64,000 bases of DNA from an uncultured Bacteroidota bacterium (GTDB lineage Bacteria; Bacteroidota; Bacteroidia; NS11-12g; UBA9320). Position numbers and translations under genes: made by a program. The notes below the pieces were generated by a model. The model saw only the letters and a program-made list of their open reading frames with translations, was not told where the DNA came from and did not search any database. Of this stretch, positions 18,600 through 27,957 are shown piece after piece (the first letter of the stretch is position 1; the number at the start of each line of letters is the position of its first letter). The stretch covers positions 44 through 64,043 of the forward strand of contig CAJXBI010000005.1 in the NCBI GenBank assembly GCA_913050005.1. Direction: 5' to 3'.

Positions 18600-19681
18600 A
18601 GCTGATAACCTAAACCTATCTCAAAAAAATCAGCAACACCTCTATGGAATCTTAGCATCCCTTGTGTGTATAATTGACTATTAATTTTGTATGCAAGTCC
18701 TAAACGCTGGCTAAAAGCATTTTTTAATATTGTGGGTTTGTATACATATGCCCCCATTTCAGCGATCAAATTCACATCACCAAAGCCCCATTGATATCCC
18801 CCAGCTAATGCTAATTCTGATTGATCAATCATAGCGATTTGGTCTGCTGGTAAATCTGGATTGATTGAATGCATATATGATTTATCAATAGTATAATCTA
18901 GACCAAAACGCCAGGATTTTACACTATTTTTATTTAAAAGCCCTCTTATTTGAATTCCCCAAAGGTTAAAATCTTTTGGATTAGCAAAATTTCGTTGCTT
19001 TCTACCATAAATAAGAATTGTAGTCAAAGTAAGTTTATTAATATTTTGAACCGGCTCGGCGATTGGAGAAATCTGTTTTTTGTTATGAAATCCATACCTT
19101 AACGTTAATGAAGGAATATTATAACCTAAATTAGGTACTTTAAAAGCGGCATTTGAATAGTGAGAAACCGATATTCCTGTTTCAATATAATCCGAATTAG
19201 CCAATTCTTTTCTTGCCACAATACCGAATTGCATACTCCCATTTAAGTGGCTTCCAATAGCTTGATTTCTTCGATTTTCGTATATGTCAAACTTTTTTGT
19301 GAGATAAGCCAACCCTGCACCCATTCTAAATCGTACATCAATATCACGTATCGATATAAGATTCAATTTGATGTGAGATAACAGTCCAAATGCGTGACCA
19401 GTTTGTTCTCTTCCCAAATTATAATATAACAAACCATAGCCAATTGATGGTTTATTATAATATGAACCCCAATGTGTGTTTTCCTTTTCTTTTTCCAGTG
19501 AAATATCAATCCCATAATTATGGGCTGCTAAGTTCTTCAAATCTGCTCGATGAGCTAGCAAAAAACCTGGGGTAGTGCTTACGCTAACAAAATTATTATC
19601 CTGAGCAAAGTTGAAGCCATAACTAAATATGAATAATAAGAAAAAACTTATAAACTTATATCTTGACACTATCGAGCCCAT
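18596..19681 (-). CDS. Acyloxyacyl hydrolase (PagL-like lipid A deacylase family) outer-membrane protein
   Basis: Start moved to the internal ATG at 19681 (MGSIVSRYKFISFFLLFIFSYGFNFAQ, a signal peptide), because the track start at 19762 lies deep inside gldG. The motif ISVSHYSNAAFKVPNLGYNIPSLTLRYGF matches the HxSN...PNxGxN catalytic region of PagL-like enzymes. Confidence 0.65.
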   Translation of the reverse strand: MGSIVSRYKFISFFLLFIFSYGFNFAQDNNFVSVSTTPGFLLAHRADLKNLAAHNYGIDISLEKEKENTHWGSYYNKPSIGYGLLYYNLGREQTGHAFGLLSHIKLNLISIRDIDVRFRMGAGLAYLTKKFDIYENRRNQAIGSHLNGSMQFGIVARKELANSDYIETGISVSHYSNAAFKVPNLGYNIPSLTLRYGFHNKKQISPIAEPVQNINKLTLTTILIYGRKQRNFANPKDFNLWGIQIRGLLNKNSVKSWRFGLDYTIDKSYMHSINPDLPADQIAMIDQSELALAGGYQWGFGDVNLIAEMGAYVYKPTILKNAFSQRLGLAYKINSQLYTQGMLRFHRGVADFFEIGLGYQL

Positions 19682-21450
19682 CTTCTTTTTCGATAAAATG
19701 AATTTACAAATCCAAAAATCAAAATTATTAAAATAGGTAAAATCATATTGAATGATTGCCAAAAAAGTTTTTCATTTTTTAGCTTACTTTTATCCAATAA
19801 ACGAAGTATAACTTCCTTGCTTCTAACCTCTATGAGGTTGTTTTCGTCACATAAATAATCAACACAGTTTAAGAAAAACTTTTTATTAGCAAACTCAACT
19901 GGTGTTGAAAATTGTTTAGAAGCAAATTTATCGTAGCCTAATGGGTACACTCTACCATCTGAGGAAACTTGGTTTCTGATCAAATCACCATCACTAATGA
20001 CAATCATCGAATTTTGTTCAATTGACTCTGAAAAAGGTAAATCAAATGACCGTTTTACCCCGTCTCTGTATCTAAACGGACTAATAAACTCGCCTTCCAC
20101 TAAAACTGCAGAAATCTGATTACCATTTCTAAAGTTTGACGGATCTTGTCTGTTTTTTAAAATATCTAAAGAGATTAAAACTGGATTAGCAGCTACCCTT
20201 GATTGAGGTGACGAACGAAGTAATACTGTTTTTTTTAAGGTTTTGCGAGAAGTAGTGTCAATCGTACTACAATATCTCCCCCAAACATTTTCTAGATTTC
20301 TAGAAACAGGGTTATCGTCGACAGCACTAAATAAAGGATAAAAGATCCATGGCCAAAAACCTGGTCTGTTTGTTTGTTGATTTATAGCAGGTATCCCATG
20401 ACATTGAATGTCTTGAACTAAATTTGGTTTTACTTTTACCCCATATTGAAATAAAATATCATCCAAGTTATGGCTATGATTTACAGTCATCACCTGACCG
20501 TATTTTGCAACGGAGTCCATTTCTGCCAGTAAATTTTCTACCAAGAAAATTATCTTGCCTCCATTCATTACATACTGATCTAATATATACTTTTCTGGTT
20601 CAGTAAACTCAAGGGTTGGCTTAGCAATTATTAAGCCCTTGTAAGATTTTAATTTATTGATTAAACCCTCCACTAAAATACTAAAAACAGGTTTTTTAGG
20701 ATTATTAACTACATCAGATGCAAAGTTTTTATAACAATTACTATCTGTTAAATTGAGATTTATGCGATCTAGGGAATAAAACTCACTTAGTGAGTTTGCA
20801 ATGTCAGCTGTTTGGGTCGAGGATAATTCGCCATGACCAGAAGAAAGGGCCACTTTTATACTTTTCCCTGACAACCCTTTGCGAATCGCTGTACCAATTT
20901 CATACTCTAATAACTCAATTGAATTATTAATTTCTACCTCTAAAGATTTGCCAAACTGGCGTTTCAATAAATTAATTGGGTATTCTTTCCCTTTATAAAA
21001 AACAATACCCGAGGGTAAAATATATTTCTGTGTTGGTGCCTCGTCGGGTCTTACATCAGGTTGCTCTATTTGTAAACCTTTTTGAAAAATATCTTTAAGA
21101 ATGGCCTCTTTTTCTTTTATATTTTTATCCGCTAAAATGTCCTCAAAATCAAACTTTATTTTACCATCAGAAGCTAACCTATACTCATTCAGAATATCAC
21201 GTGTAGCAGACTGTAGTTGCTTGTACTCAATTGGAAGATCACCATTTAAAAATATGGTTACGTATAAATCATCGTCGAGCTTATTCAATAAACCTACGGA
21301 CGACGGAGATAGCGTGTACCTTTTTTCCTTTGTTAGATCTAATCGAAAATAAAACTCATTGGCCATAAAATTAAATACCACAAGCACTAGTGCATATAAG
21401 AGTATTCTTAATGCAATATTTCTAGAGACATTTACTTTTTTACCTATCAT
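19669..21450 (-). CDS. gldG: Gliding motility-associated ABC transporter substrate-binding/auxiliary protein GldG
   Basis: 593 aa with N- and C-terminal TM anchors. It starts with FYFRLDLTKEKRYTLSPSS, typical of GldG, and sits directly downstream of gldF. Confidence 0.85.
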   Translation of the reverse strand: MIGKKVNVSRNIALRILLYALVLVVFNFMANEFYFRLDLTKEKRYTLSPSSVGLLNKLDDDLYVTIFLNGDLPIEYKQLQSATRDILNEYRLASDGKIKFDFEDILADKNIKEKEAILKDIFQKGLQIEQPDVRPDEAPTQKYILPSGIVFYKGKEYPINLLKRQFGKSLEVEINNSIELLEYEIGTAIRKGLSGKSIKVALSSGHGELSSTQTADIANSLSEFYSLDRINLNLTDSNCYKNFASDVVNNPKKPVFSILVEGLINKLKSYKGLIIAKPTLEFTEPEKYILDQYVMNGGKIIFLVENLLAEMDSVAKYGQVMTVNHSHNLDDILFQYGVKVKPNLVQDIQCHGIPAINQQTNRPGFWPWIFYPLFSAVDDNPVSRNLENVWGRYCSTIDTTSRKTLKKTVLLRSSPQSRVAANPVLISLDILKNRQDPSNFRNGNQISAVLVEGEFISPFRYRDGVKRSFDLPFSESIEQNSMIVISDGDLIRNQVSSDGRVYPLGYDKFASKQFSTPVEFANKKFFLNCVDYLCDENNLIEVRSKEVILRLLDKSKLKNEKLFWQSFNMILPILIILIFGFVNSFYRKRRWAR

Positions 21451-22172
21451 ATTCTTCTTCGTAGAGTTAAAAATGTTAAACTAATAAAAGTAAATATAAG
21501 CGATACAAAATAGGCTAAATCACGTGAATCCACTACACCACGACTTATGGAGTCGTAATGTAATTGGATACCTAAATTCTGAACAAAACTGTCATATGAA
21601 CCAAACAAAGAAAGGTTGCTCAATTGCTGAAATCCTACATAAAAAAAGAAACATAGAAAGAGTCCTAATATGAATGCTACAATTTGATTTGGAGTAATCA
21701 CAGATGCGAATAACCCTATACTAACATAAGATGCACCTAATAGTAATAATCCAATATATGATCCCATAGTAGCCCCCATATCTAGATTCCCTTGAGGTTG
21801 CCCAAGTTTATAGATTGAATAAACATATACAACTGTTGGTAATAAGGCAAAAACAACGAGTGCAACTGATGCAAAAAACTTTCCTAGAATTATTTGAATA
21901 TCCGTAATTGGTTTAGTGCTCAAAATTTCAAAAGTTCCTTGCTTTAACTCCTCAGAAAATGATCGCATAGTAATTGCTGATATTAGAAATGTAAAAACCC
22001 AAGGTGCCATAAAAAATAGAATATCCAAATTTGCGTGACCAAGAATAAGCACATTGCCGTCGGTAAAAACCCAAGTAAATAATCCAATAATTAATAAAAA
22101 AACAACAATAACAACATACGCAATTAATGAACTCAAAAAGCTTCTTATTTCTTTCTTAAAGATACTAAGCAT
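21447..22172 (-). CDS. gldF: Gliding motility-associated ABC transporter permease GldF
   Basis: 241 aa, an ABC-2 type permease with six TM segments. The N-terminus is MLSIFKKEIRSFLSSLIAY. It lies between gldA and gldG with 8- and 4-nt overlaps. Confidence 0.85.
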   Translation of the reverse strand: MLSIFKKEIRSFLSSLIAYVVIVVFLLIIGLFTWVFTDGNVLILGHANLDILFFMAPWVFTFLISAITMRSFSEELKQGTFEILSTKPITDIQIILGKFFASVALVVFALLPTVVYVYSIYKLGQPQGNLDMGATMGSYIGLLLLGASYVSIGLFASVITPNQIVAFILGLFLCFFFYVGFQQLSNLSLFGSYDSFVQNLGIQLHYDSISRGVVDSRDLAYFVSLIFTFISLTFLTLRRRI

Positions 22173-23079
22173 GATTTGTTAATTTTTGAAAAATAGACTC
22201 CAAAGACATTTCTTGCTCTTTTTGCTCTTCTATTATTGTGTTCGATGCAATAGCAAAATTGAATAACTCCTCTGCAATATCTAAATTATCTTTTGACACA
22301 ATAACAAATATTCTTTCATTAACAGATTTAATTGATTCAACACCGTCTATCAGGGATAATTCTGCCTCATTAATTGAATCTCTAAATTTAACGTAGGTTT
22401 GAATCGTATTCATATCCCAATTTTTTTTAATAGCTTCTATAGTGTCATCAGAAATTATTTTACCCTTATTTAAAATGATGACCCTACTACACATAGCCTC
22501 CACCTCTTGCATTATATGTGATGACAATAAAATCGTTTTGTTTTTACCCAGTGACAAAATCAGACTTCTAATTTCTTTCATTTGATTAGGATCTAAACCA
22601 GAAGTTGGCTCGTCTAAAATTAGAACATCTGGATCATTGATTAACGCCTGTGCTAGACCGACTCTTTGCTTATATCCTTTGGACAGTTGACTAATTTTCT
22701 TTCGTGATTCTCGTTCTAAACCTGTGGACTTAATAACTCGATTAATTGCTTTTTGAGTATCCTTGATTTTATGTATGTCTGCAATAAAAGATAAGTATTC
22801 TCTAACATACATATCTCCGTACAGTGGGTTTAATTCTGGTAAATAACCTATTCTTTTTTTTATTTCTAGCGCTTCTTTTGAGACATCCATATCTAGAATG
22901 TTTGCAGTACCTGAAGTCTCGACAATATGACCACTCAGAATTTTCATAGTAGTGCTTTTTCCTGCACCATTAGGTCCTAAAAATCCAACAATTTCTGCAC
23001 CCCCAATTGAAAACGAAACTTCATCTAAAGCTTTTTGGCCATCATAAATTTTGGTTAAATTTTGAACTTCAATGGACAT
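22165..23079 (-). CDS. gldA: Gliding motility-associated ABC transporter ATP-binding protein GldA
   Basis: It has Walker A (GPNGAGKST), the ABC signature (LSKGYKQRV) and Walker B (ILILDEP). The 304-aa length and the gldF/gldG context support the call. Confidence 0.85.
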   Translation of the reverse strand: MSIEVQNLTKIYDGQKALDEVSFSIGGAEIVGFLGPNGAGKSTTMKILSGHIVETSGTANILDMDVSKEALEIKKRIGYLPELNPLYGDMYVREYLSFIADIHKIKDTQKAINRVIKSTGLERESRKKISQLSKGYKQRVGLAQALINDPDVLILDEPTSGLDPNQMKEIRSLILSLGKNKTILLSSHIMQEVEAMCSRVIILNKGKIISDDTIEAIKKNWDMNTIQTYVKFRDSINEAELSLIDGVESIKSVNERIFVIVSKDNLDIAEELFNFAIASNTIIEEQKEQEMSLESIFQKLTNHA

Positions 23080-25970
23080 TATCGGTTAATCACTATCGTT
23101 CTGTGAAAGACTTGATTTAAGTAACTAAATGTTAATTTATAAGTTCCTGCAGGAAGTATAGAGACATCTACAGAGGTTCTAGCTTTATTGATATCTGTAC
23201 GTATTAATTCTTGTCCATATATATTAGTAATTGAAATTTGCCCTTGAGTCAAAGTGCTACCTAAATCAATATATATAATGTCATCTGCAGGAATTGGAGA
23301 AACCCCAATCTGACTTCTTTCTAATTTATAATTACCCGCTGAACTTGTAACACTCATCTCTGCAAATCCTGTGCACCCATTAGTGTCAGTTACTATAACG
23401 CTGTAAGTATTTTTATCTAAAACCTTAATGCTTTCTGATTTTTCACCTGTACTCCACGCATAAGATGTAAAACCTGGACCAGGTGTTAATGTAAGTGGCT
23501 CGTCAGTTCTTAATGCTGTATCCCCGCCAATAGAAATAACAGGACTATCATACTTGTAAATATTTATACTATCGTTAAAGGAGCATCCTTTATCATTAGA
23601 TACTTCTAAGTAATATAATCCTGGTCCCTTAACATTTATCCTATCTGATGAAGTACCGTTGTACCATATGTAATCTTCCATATTAGGTGGCCCAATAAGT
23701 TGGTAGTCAACATTATCACAAAAACCCGTATCTGAACCTAAATTAAATTTTGGCACATCAAAATAATTAATCTGAACAGTATCATAGGCTGGACATCCAA
23801 AACTATTGTAAGCCTCAACAAAAACAGCAGTATCTGAATTAGTAGAATACGAATTTTTTAATGTATTTATTCCGTTCCATTTATAATCTTTCAAAAAGGA
23901 TGGACCAAAGAATTCTATTATCAAACCTTGACAGAAAGAAGTATCTCGCCCAATATTTATTTTTGATGACGGGTTTGTAAGAATCTGAATATCGTCTGAA
24001 TACGAGCACCCAAAGCTGTCAACTACACTTAAAGTGTGAACTTTGGATTGATTCGTCCTAAAGTTTTGCTTGGATGATATTACATTATTCCAAGTATATG
24101 AAAACATATTCGACGGCCCTGTTAAAATTATATCCTGATTATCACAGATAGTTGTATCGTTCCCAAGAGAGAATACTGGGTTAGCTTTTTGCTCTACTAT
24201 TATAGTATCAAGATAACGACATGTATTGTTATCCAACATTAATAAATTTAATGTGTCGGAGCTAGACAAGGTTATTGAATTGTTATTTGATTTTTTACCC
24301 GTACTCTTTATCTCCCACTCATAAAAAAACATTCCTTTCAAGCCATCAATAGTTACCGGATATCCCTCACAGAAGAACGTATCCGCTAAAAATTCTTGTG
24401 ACATTCTTGGATTGACCCTTACCAAAATAGTTGCTGAATCAGGTTTACACAGCCCGTCTGAGGATGAAACAACCAGCTTATATTTAGTATCAACTTTTGG
24501 AGAAACAGTTGGGTTGGCTGAACTACTACTATATGAAGCTCCACTTATCGACGTCCAAGAATATTTATAACCACTAATTGCGGACCTACCTAAGTTTATA
24601 GAAGTGCCTGAGCAAATACGTAAAGAATCTCTATTTACTTTTGCTTCCAGCCTGCAACAAATAACCGAATCTTTTGAAGCAAATTTCTTTTTTGTAAACG
24701 AAAAACTAGTATTGGAATTAATTGGTGATATTAGCGAAAAAGTATCTGAACTAAAACTTAATCCACCCAGCTTTTGAATAGTTTCAAAAAACGAATTACA
24801 TTGGATAGTAAAAGAGCTCGGTATTTTGGTTAAATATAAATCTTCAGTTAACGTATTACCTAATGAATTACCAGAGGTAAACATTGAATAACCTCTGGTT
24901 TCAGACCCCATTAATGAAATTCCAGATTTACCGTCAAAATCAATATCTCCAAGATTTTGAGCATCTGAAATATTCCCATTAGAGTCTAGTTTAAATATTA
25001 AAGGATTACTTGAGGATTGAGAGATTGATGATATAGCTAGTAATACAGAATTATTATCACTTAATTTCATATCCCTCAAATCATCATTTAACATTGATTT
25101 AAATAAGTAATTATTAATAATATCAAAATTTGAATCCAACTTTAATAAAACAGTACCTATATCTACACCGCCAAACAAGTTAGTATTTCCGCCTACATAA
25201 AACTTGTTACCTTGAGATTTGATGATTTTTATTGCCTGTTCTGAATTTTTTGTGCCTATATTTTTTGAAATAAGAACATTACCAGCAGTTGAAATAGCTA
25301 GTAGTTGAAAATCTCTATCCCCGACTGAACCTATATTCACAGAATCGTTTTCAGTATAACCTGCAATTATTATTCTTCCAAGATTATCTTGAAGCAATGA
25401 GTATCCTCTATCATTTCCTATTCCTCCAAATGTACGAGTCCATGCAACAGTGCCATTGGTATTTAATCTAGAAATTAATATGTTCTCGTCTAATGAATCT
25501 GTTTTTGAATAGCCACATGCATAATAATCGCCGACAAATGACTGAATTACATCAAAAATCTGCTCCGAACTATCCGTTTTAAATTTTCTTGACCACTGAA
25601 GCGTTCCATTAGAACTCACTTTAGATACAAATCCGTCTTTATCATTCAAACTCCCCTCGGAGTATCCACATACGATAGCTCCACCATCACTGGTTGGTCT
25701 TATTTGGGTTGCACTATCGTGATTTGAATTGCCATACGTATATGACCATTTGACATTACCTAGTCCATCTGTTCGGGTTATGCCAAAATCCTTATTGCCT
25801 TGTCCTGAACTATTTGTGTTAAATAGTAAAAAGTAATCTCCAGAGGACAACTGAAATGCTGACTGAGCGTGATCAGAAGAATCATTAATCATTAACCTAA
25901 CAAAACTTGTATTTTGTGAGTAAGCCTGAATTGAAAAAATGAATCCTAGTAAAGGCAAAAATATTTTCAT
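23079..25970 (-). CDS. Secreted beta-propeller-repeat plus Ig-like-repeat protein with T9SS C-terminal sorting domain
   Basis: It has a signal peptide (MKIFLPLLGFIFSIQAYSQ). The N-terminal half carries ~50-aa repeats (..CGYSEG..DGFVSKVSSNGTLQW.., ..GYSKTD..ISRLNTNGTVAW..). The C-terminal half carries ~75-aa GxDTxxC...L.GP...Y.W modules. The tail (SPIPADDIIYIDLGS...AGTYKLTFSYLNQVFHRTIVINR) looks like a T9SS CTD. Its stop shares 1 nt with the gldA ATG (TAATG at 23081-23077). Confidence 0.75.
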   Translation of the reverse strand: MKIFLPLLGFIFSIQAYSQNTSFVRLMINDSSDHAQSAFQLSSGDYFLLFNTNSSGQGNKDFGITRTDGLGNVKWSYTYGNSNHDSATQIRPTSDGGAIVCGYSEGSLNDKDGFVSKVSSNGTLQWSRKFKTDSSEQIFDVIQSFVGDYYACGYSKTDSLDENILISRLNTNGTVAWTRTFGGIGNDRGYSLLQDNLGRIIIAGYTENDSVNIGSVGDRDFQLLAISTAGNVLISKNIGTKNSEQAIKIIKSQGNKFYVGGNTNLFGGVDIGTVLLKLDSNFDIINNYLFKSMLNDDLRDMKLSDNNSVLLAISSISQSSSNPLIFKLDSNGNISDAQNLGDIDFDGKSGISLMGSETRGYSMFTSGNSLGNTLTEDLYLTKIPSSFTIQCNSFFETIQKLGGLSFSSDTFSLISPINSNTSFSFTKKKFASKDSVICCRLEAKVNRDSLRICSGTSINLGRSAISGYKYSWTSISGASYSSSSANPTVSPKVDTKYKLVVSSSDGLCKPDSATILVRVNPRMSQEFLADTFFCEGYPVTIDGLKGMFFYEWEIKSTGKKSNNNSITLSSSDTLNLLMLDNNTCRYLDTIIVEQKANPVFSLGNDTTICDNQDIILTGPSNMFSYTWNNVISSKQNFRTNQSKVHTLSVVDSFGCSYSDDIQILTNPSSKINIGRDTSFCQGLIIEFFGPSFLKDYKWNGINTLKNSYSTNSDTAVFVEAYNSFGCPAYDTVQINYFDVPKFNLGSDTGFCDNVDYQLIGPPNMEDYIWYNGTSSDRINVKGPGLYYLEVSNDKGCSFNDSINIYKYDSPVISIGGDTALRTDEPLTLTPGPGFTSYAWSTGEKSESIKVLDKNTYSVIVTDTNGCTGFAEMSVTSSAGNYKLERSQIGVSPIPADDIIYIDLGSTLTQGQISITNIYGQELIRTDINKARTSVDVSILPAGTYKLTFSYLNQVFHRTIVINR

Positions 25971-26007
25971 AAAATATATTAATTAAGCAAATGCAATTTA
26001 GGGGTTT

Positions 26008-26577
26008 TCATCTATTTAAATGCCATCTTTCAGCAACTTTTAACGAATAATCTACAAAAGATAAAAAACCTTTATTGAACTGCTTATTAGCTAACAAGAC
26101 TCCATCTTTATCTATACACTTAGTAACCTCCTGGACTTCGAAAGTGTTTGATGATGTTATGCTCTCAAGATTAAAATAACTAATTATTTTATTTAGAACT
26201 GTAATTAGTTGAACTGCTGGCATACGTCCACCTTTTCCGGCACTTACGCCAACTGTAGCAATTACTTTTTGATCAAATATGTGGACATAATCATCCTGGG
26301 CCAACTGGTGGATTGTATTTATAATCTCTGCCGTAGGAAACCAATTATATTCTGGTGTAACTACAAAAAGTAAGTCTGATTTTTCAATGGAATCTATCAA
26401 TTTAGCTTGAAATTTTGATTGATTATTCTTGGGAATACTTCCTTGATTAAAATTTGGTAAATCAAATTTTTGATAATCAACAATTACTGACTCGCTAAAA
26501 TGCTTAGAGAGTGCTTTCGACACGCGTAAAGTATTGTTATTTTTTCTTGCGGAACCCGATAATATACATACCCTCAT
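26008..26577 (-). CDS. NAD(P)H-dependent FMN reductase family oxidoreductase
   Basis: 189 aa. It has the flavodoxin-like N-terminus MRVCILSGSARKNNNT and the motif TPEYNWFPTAEIIN, typical of the NADPH-dependent FMN reductase fold. Confidence 0.75.
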   Translation of the reverse strand: MRVCILSGSARKNNNTLRVSKALSKHFSESVIVDYQKFDLPNFNQGSIPKNNQSKFQAKLIDSIEKSDLLFVVTPEYNWFPTAEIINTIHQLAQDDYVHIFDQKVIATVGVSAGKGGRMPAVQLITVLNKIISYFNLESITSSNTFEVQEVTKCIDKDGVLLANKQFNKGFLSFVDYSLKVAERWHLNR

Positions 26578-27107
26578 ACTTTTTTCTTAATTTCAGTTGC
26601 AATACTTTTTACCGTCCTATAATTTCGAGCAAAATCAATAAACCACCATCTAAAATGTGGTACACTTTTGATGGTATAAATACCATCTTCACTAGAGACT
26701 TCTATCTTATCAGGTTTTAAAAAATAAACTTTTTTAAGGGCAAATATTCGGTTTTTGGATGATTCAATATCCTTAAAATTTTTATGATTTTTAAGCCAAC
26801 CTGCCAATTGATGTATTGAATAATCACTCTTAACATTTACTTCTTGGTGAGATTTTAAGTAGTTCTCGTAGGGGACACCCTCTGCCTCTTCGAAACTCAA
26901 GGTATGATAGATAGAAATTAAAAAACCAAAAGCGAATGATATGAATAATGCTACATTAAAGTTGCTTTGAATAAACGTAAATCCATATTTCCAACCTCCT
27001 TCTTTCATAAATATTATGGCAAGAGAAATTGGTAAAATCAAAGCCCAAACTCTAAACAAATAAGTTAATGTAATAAGCATTTTAAAAACTAATTTTTGAA
27101 TATTCAT
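26574..27107 (-). CDS. Hypothetical membrane protein (two TM helices plus a ~100-aa soluble domain)
   Basis: 177 aa. The TM segments are LITLTYLFRVWALILPISLAIIF and FNVALFISFAFGFLISIY. I recognise no family. It has 4-nt ATGA-type overlaps with both flanking flavin-reductase genes. Confidence 0.5.
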   Translation of the reverse strand: MNIQKLVFKMLITLTYLFRVWALILPISLAIIFMKEGGWKYGFTFIQSNFNVALFISFAFGFLISIYHTLSFEEAEGVPYENYLKSHQEVNVKSDYSIHQLAGWLKNHKNFKDIESSKNRIFALKKVYFLKPDKIEVSSEDGIYTIKSVPHFRWWFIDFARNYRTVKSIATEIKKKV

Positions 27108-27955
27108 ATATTTAATTGATACAATATGGCATAGGCTAATTTCAGATCATTAGAATTCAATTTATCTTTTACAGTTTCAACCGTAAAATCTCCAGCATAA
27201 TTGGACAGTATGTCTTCAATATTTTGGGAATTGGGTATTTTTTTTAACCCCCCAAGTTTGCCTAAGTCATTTCCATTTAAATCTCTGCTTAAACGGATAT
27301 AATCTGGTAAAGCATCTACCCCAATACCCACTGATGAAATTGGCTTATCAACCTGAAACATTGAGTTTTTATCTGATCTTAGATACCAGTTTCCTCCCAT
27401 TCTACTAATTAAGTCTATTTTTAATTGATCAATTAATCCTTCCTTATTAATAATCGATTCTTCAATATGAAACCTGGTTATTTCACAAAAAATTAGGTTT
27501 CCAGCTCCACCTTCTGAACCTAACTCCTTAACATCGTATACTTGACATTCAAACTGAACAGGCGATTCTAAAACTCTAAATGGTTTTACCGTCTCAGATT
27601 TTAATGGCGTAAATCCTGACTTAATAAACTCATCAATTTTCTTTTCGTAGGGAGAACTTGCCAAACTCATTTGACTCACCATAGCATGGGTAACCACGTT
27701 AATTACAACTTCTGGAACTTCCTTCACGTTTAGGTAAGTGTCTTTATGTTTATTGGTTCTTCCACTTTTTGCTGGCGAAAAAATTAACACCGGCGGATTG
27801 GCACTAAAAACATTGAAATAGCTAAACGGAGCTAAGTTTTTATTACCATTTTTGTCGATGGTACTAGCAAATGCTATCGGTCTAGGACCAACACTCCCTA
27901 ATAAATACCGATGGAGTTCGGATATAGATATTTCCTTGGGATTAATTGATATCAT
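27104..27955 (-). CDS. Flavin reductase-like (FMN-binding split-barrel) family protein
   Basis: The N-terminus (LLGSVGPRPIAFASTIDKNGNKNLAPFSYFNVFSANPPVLIFSP) is the typical flavin reductase-like domain signature. 283 aa including a C-terminal extension. Confidence 0.75.
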   Translation of the reverse strand: MISINPKEISISELHRYLLGSVGPRPIAFASTIDKNGNKNLAPFSYFNVFSANPPVLIFSPAKSGRTNKHKDTYLNVKEVPEVVINVVTHAMVSQMSLASSPYEKKIDEFIKSGFTPLKSETVKPFRVLESPVQFECQVYDVKELGSEGGAGNLIFCEITRFHIEESIINKEGLIDQLKIDLISRMGGNWYLRSDKNSMFQVDKPISSVGIGVDALPDYIRLSRDLNGNDLGKLGGLKKIPNSQNIEDILSNYAGDFTVETVKDKLNSNDLKLAYAILYQLNI

Positions 27956-27957
27956 AA

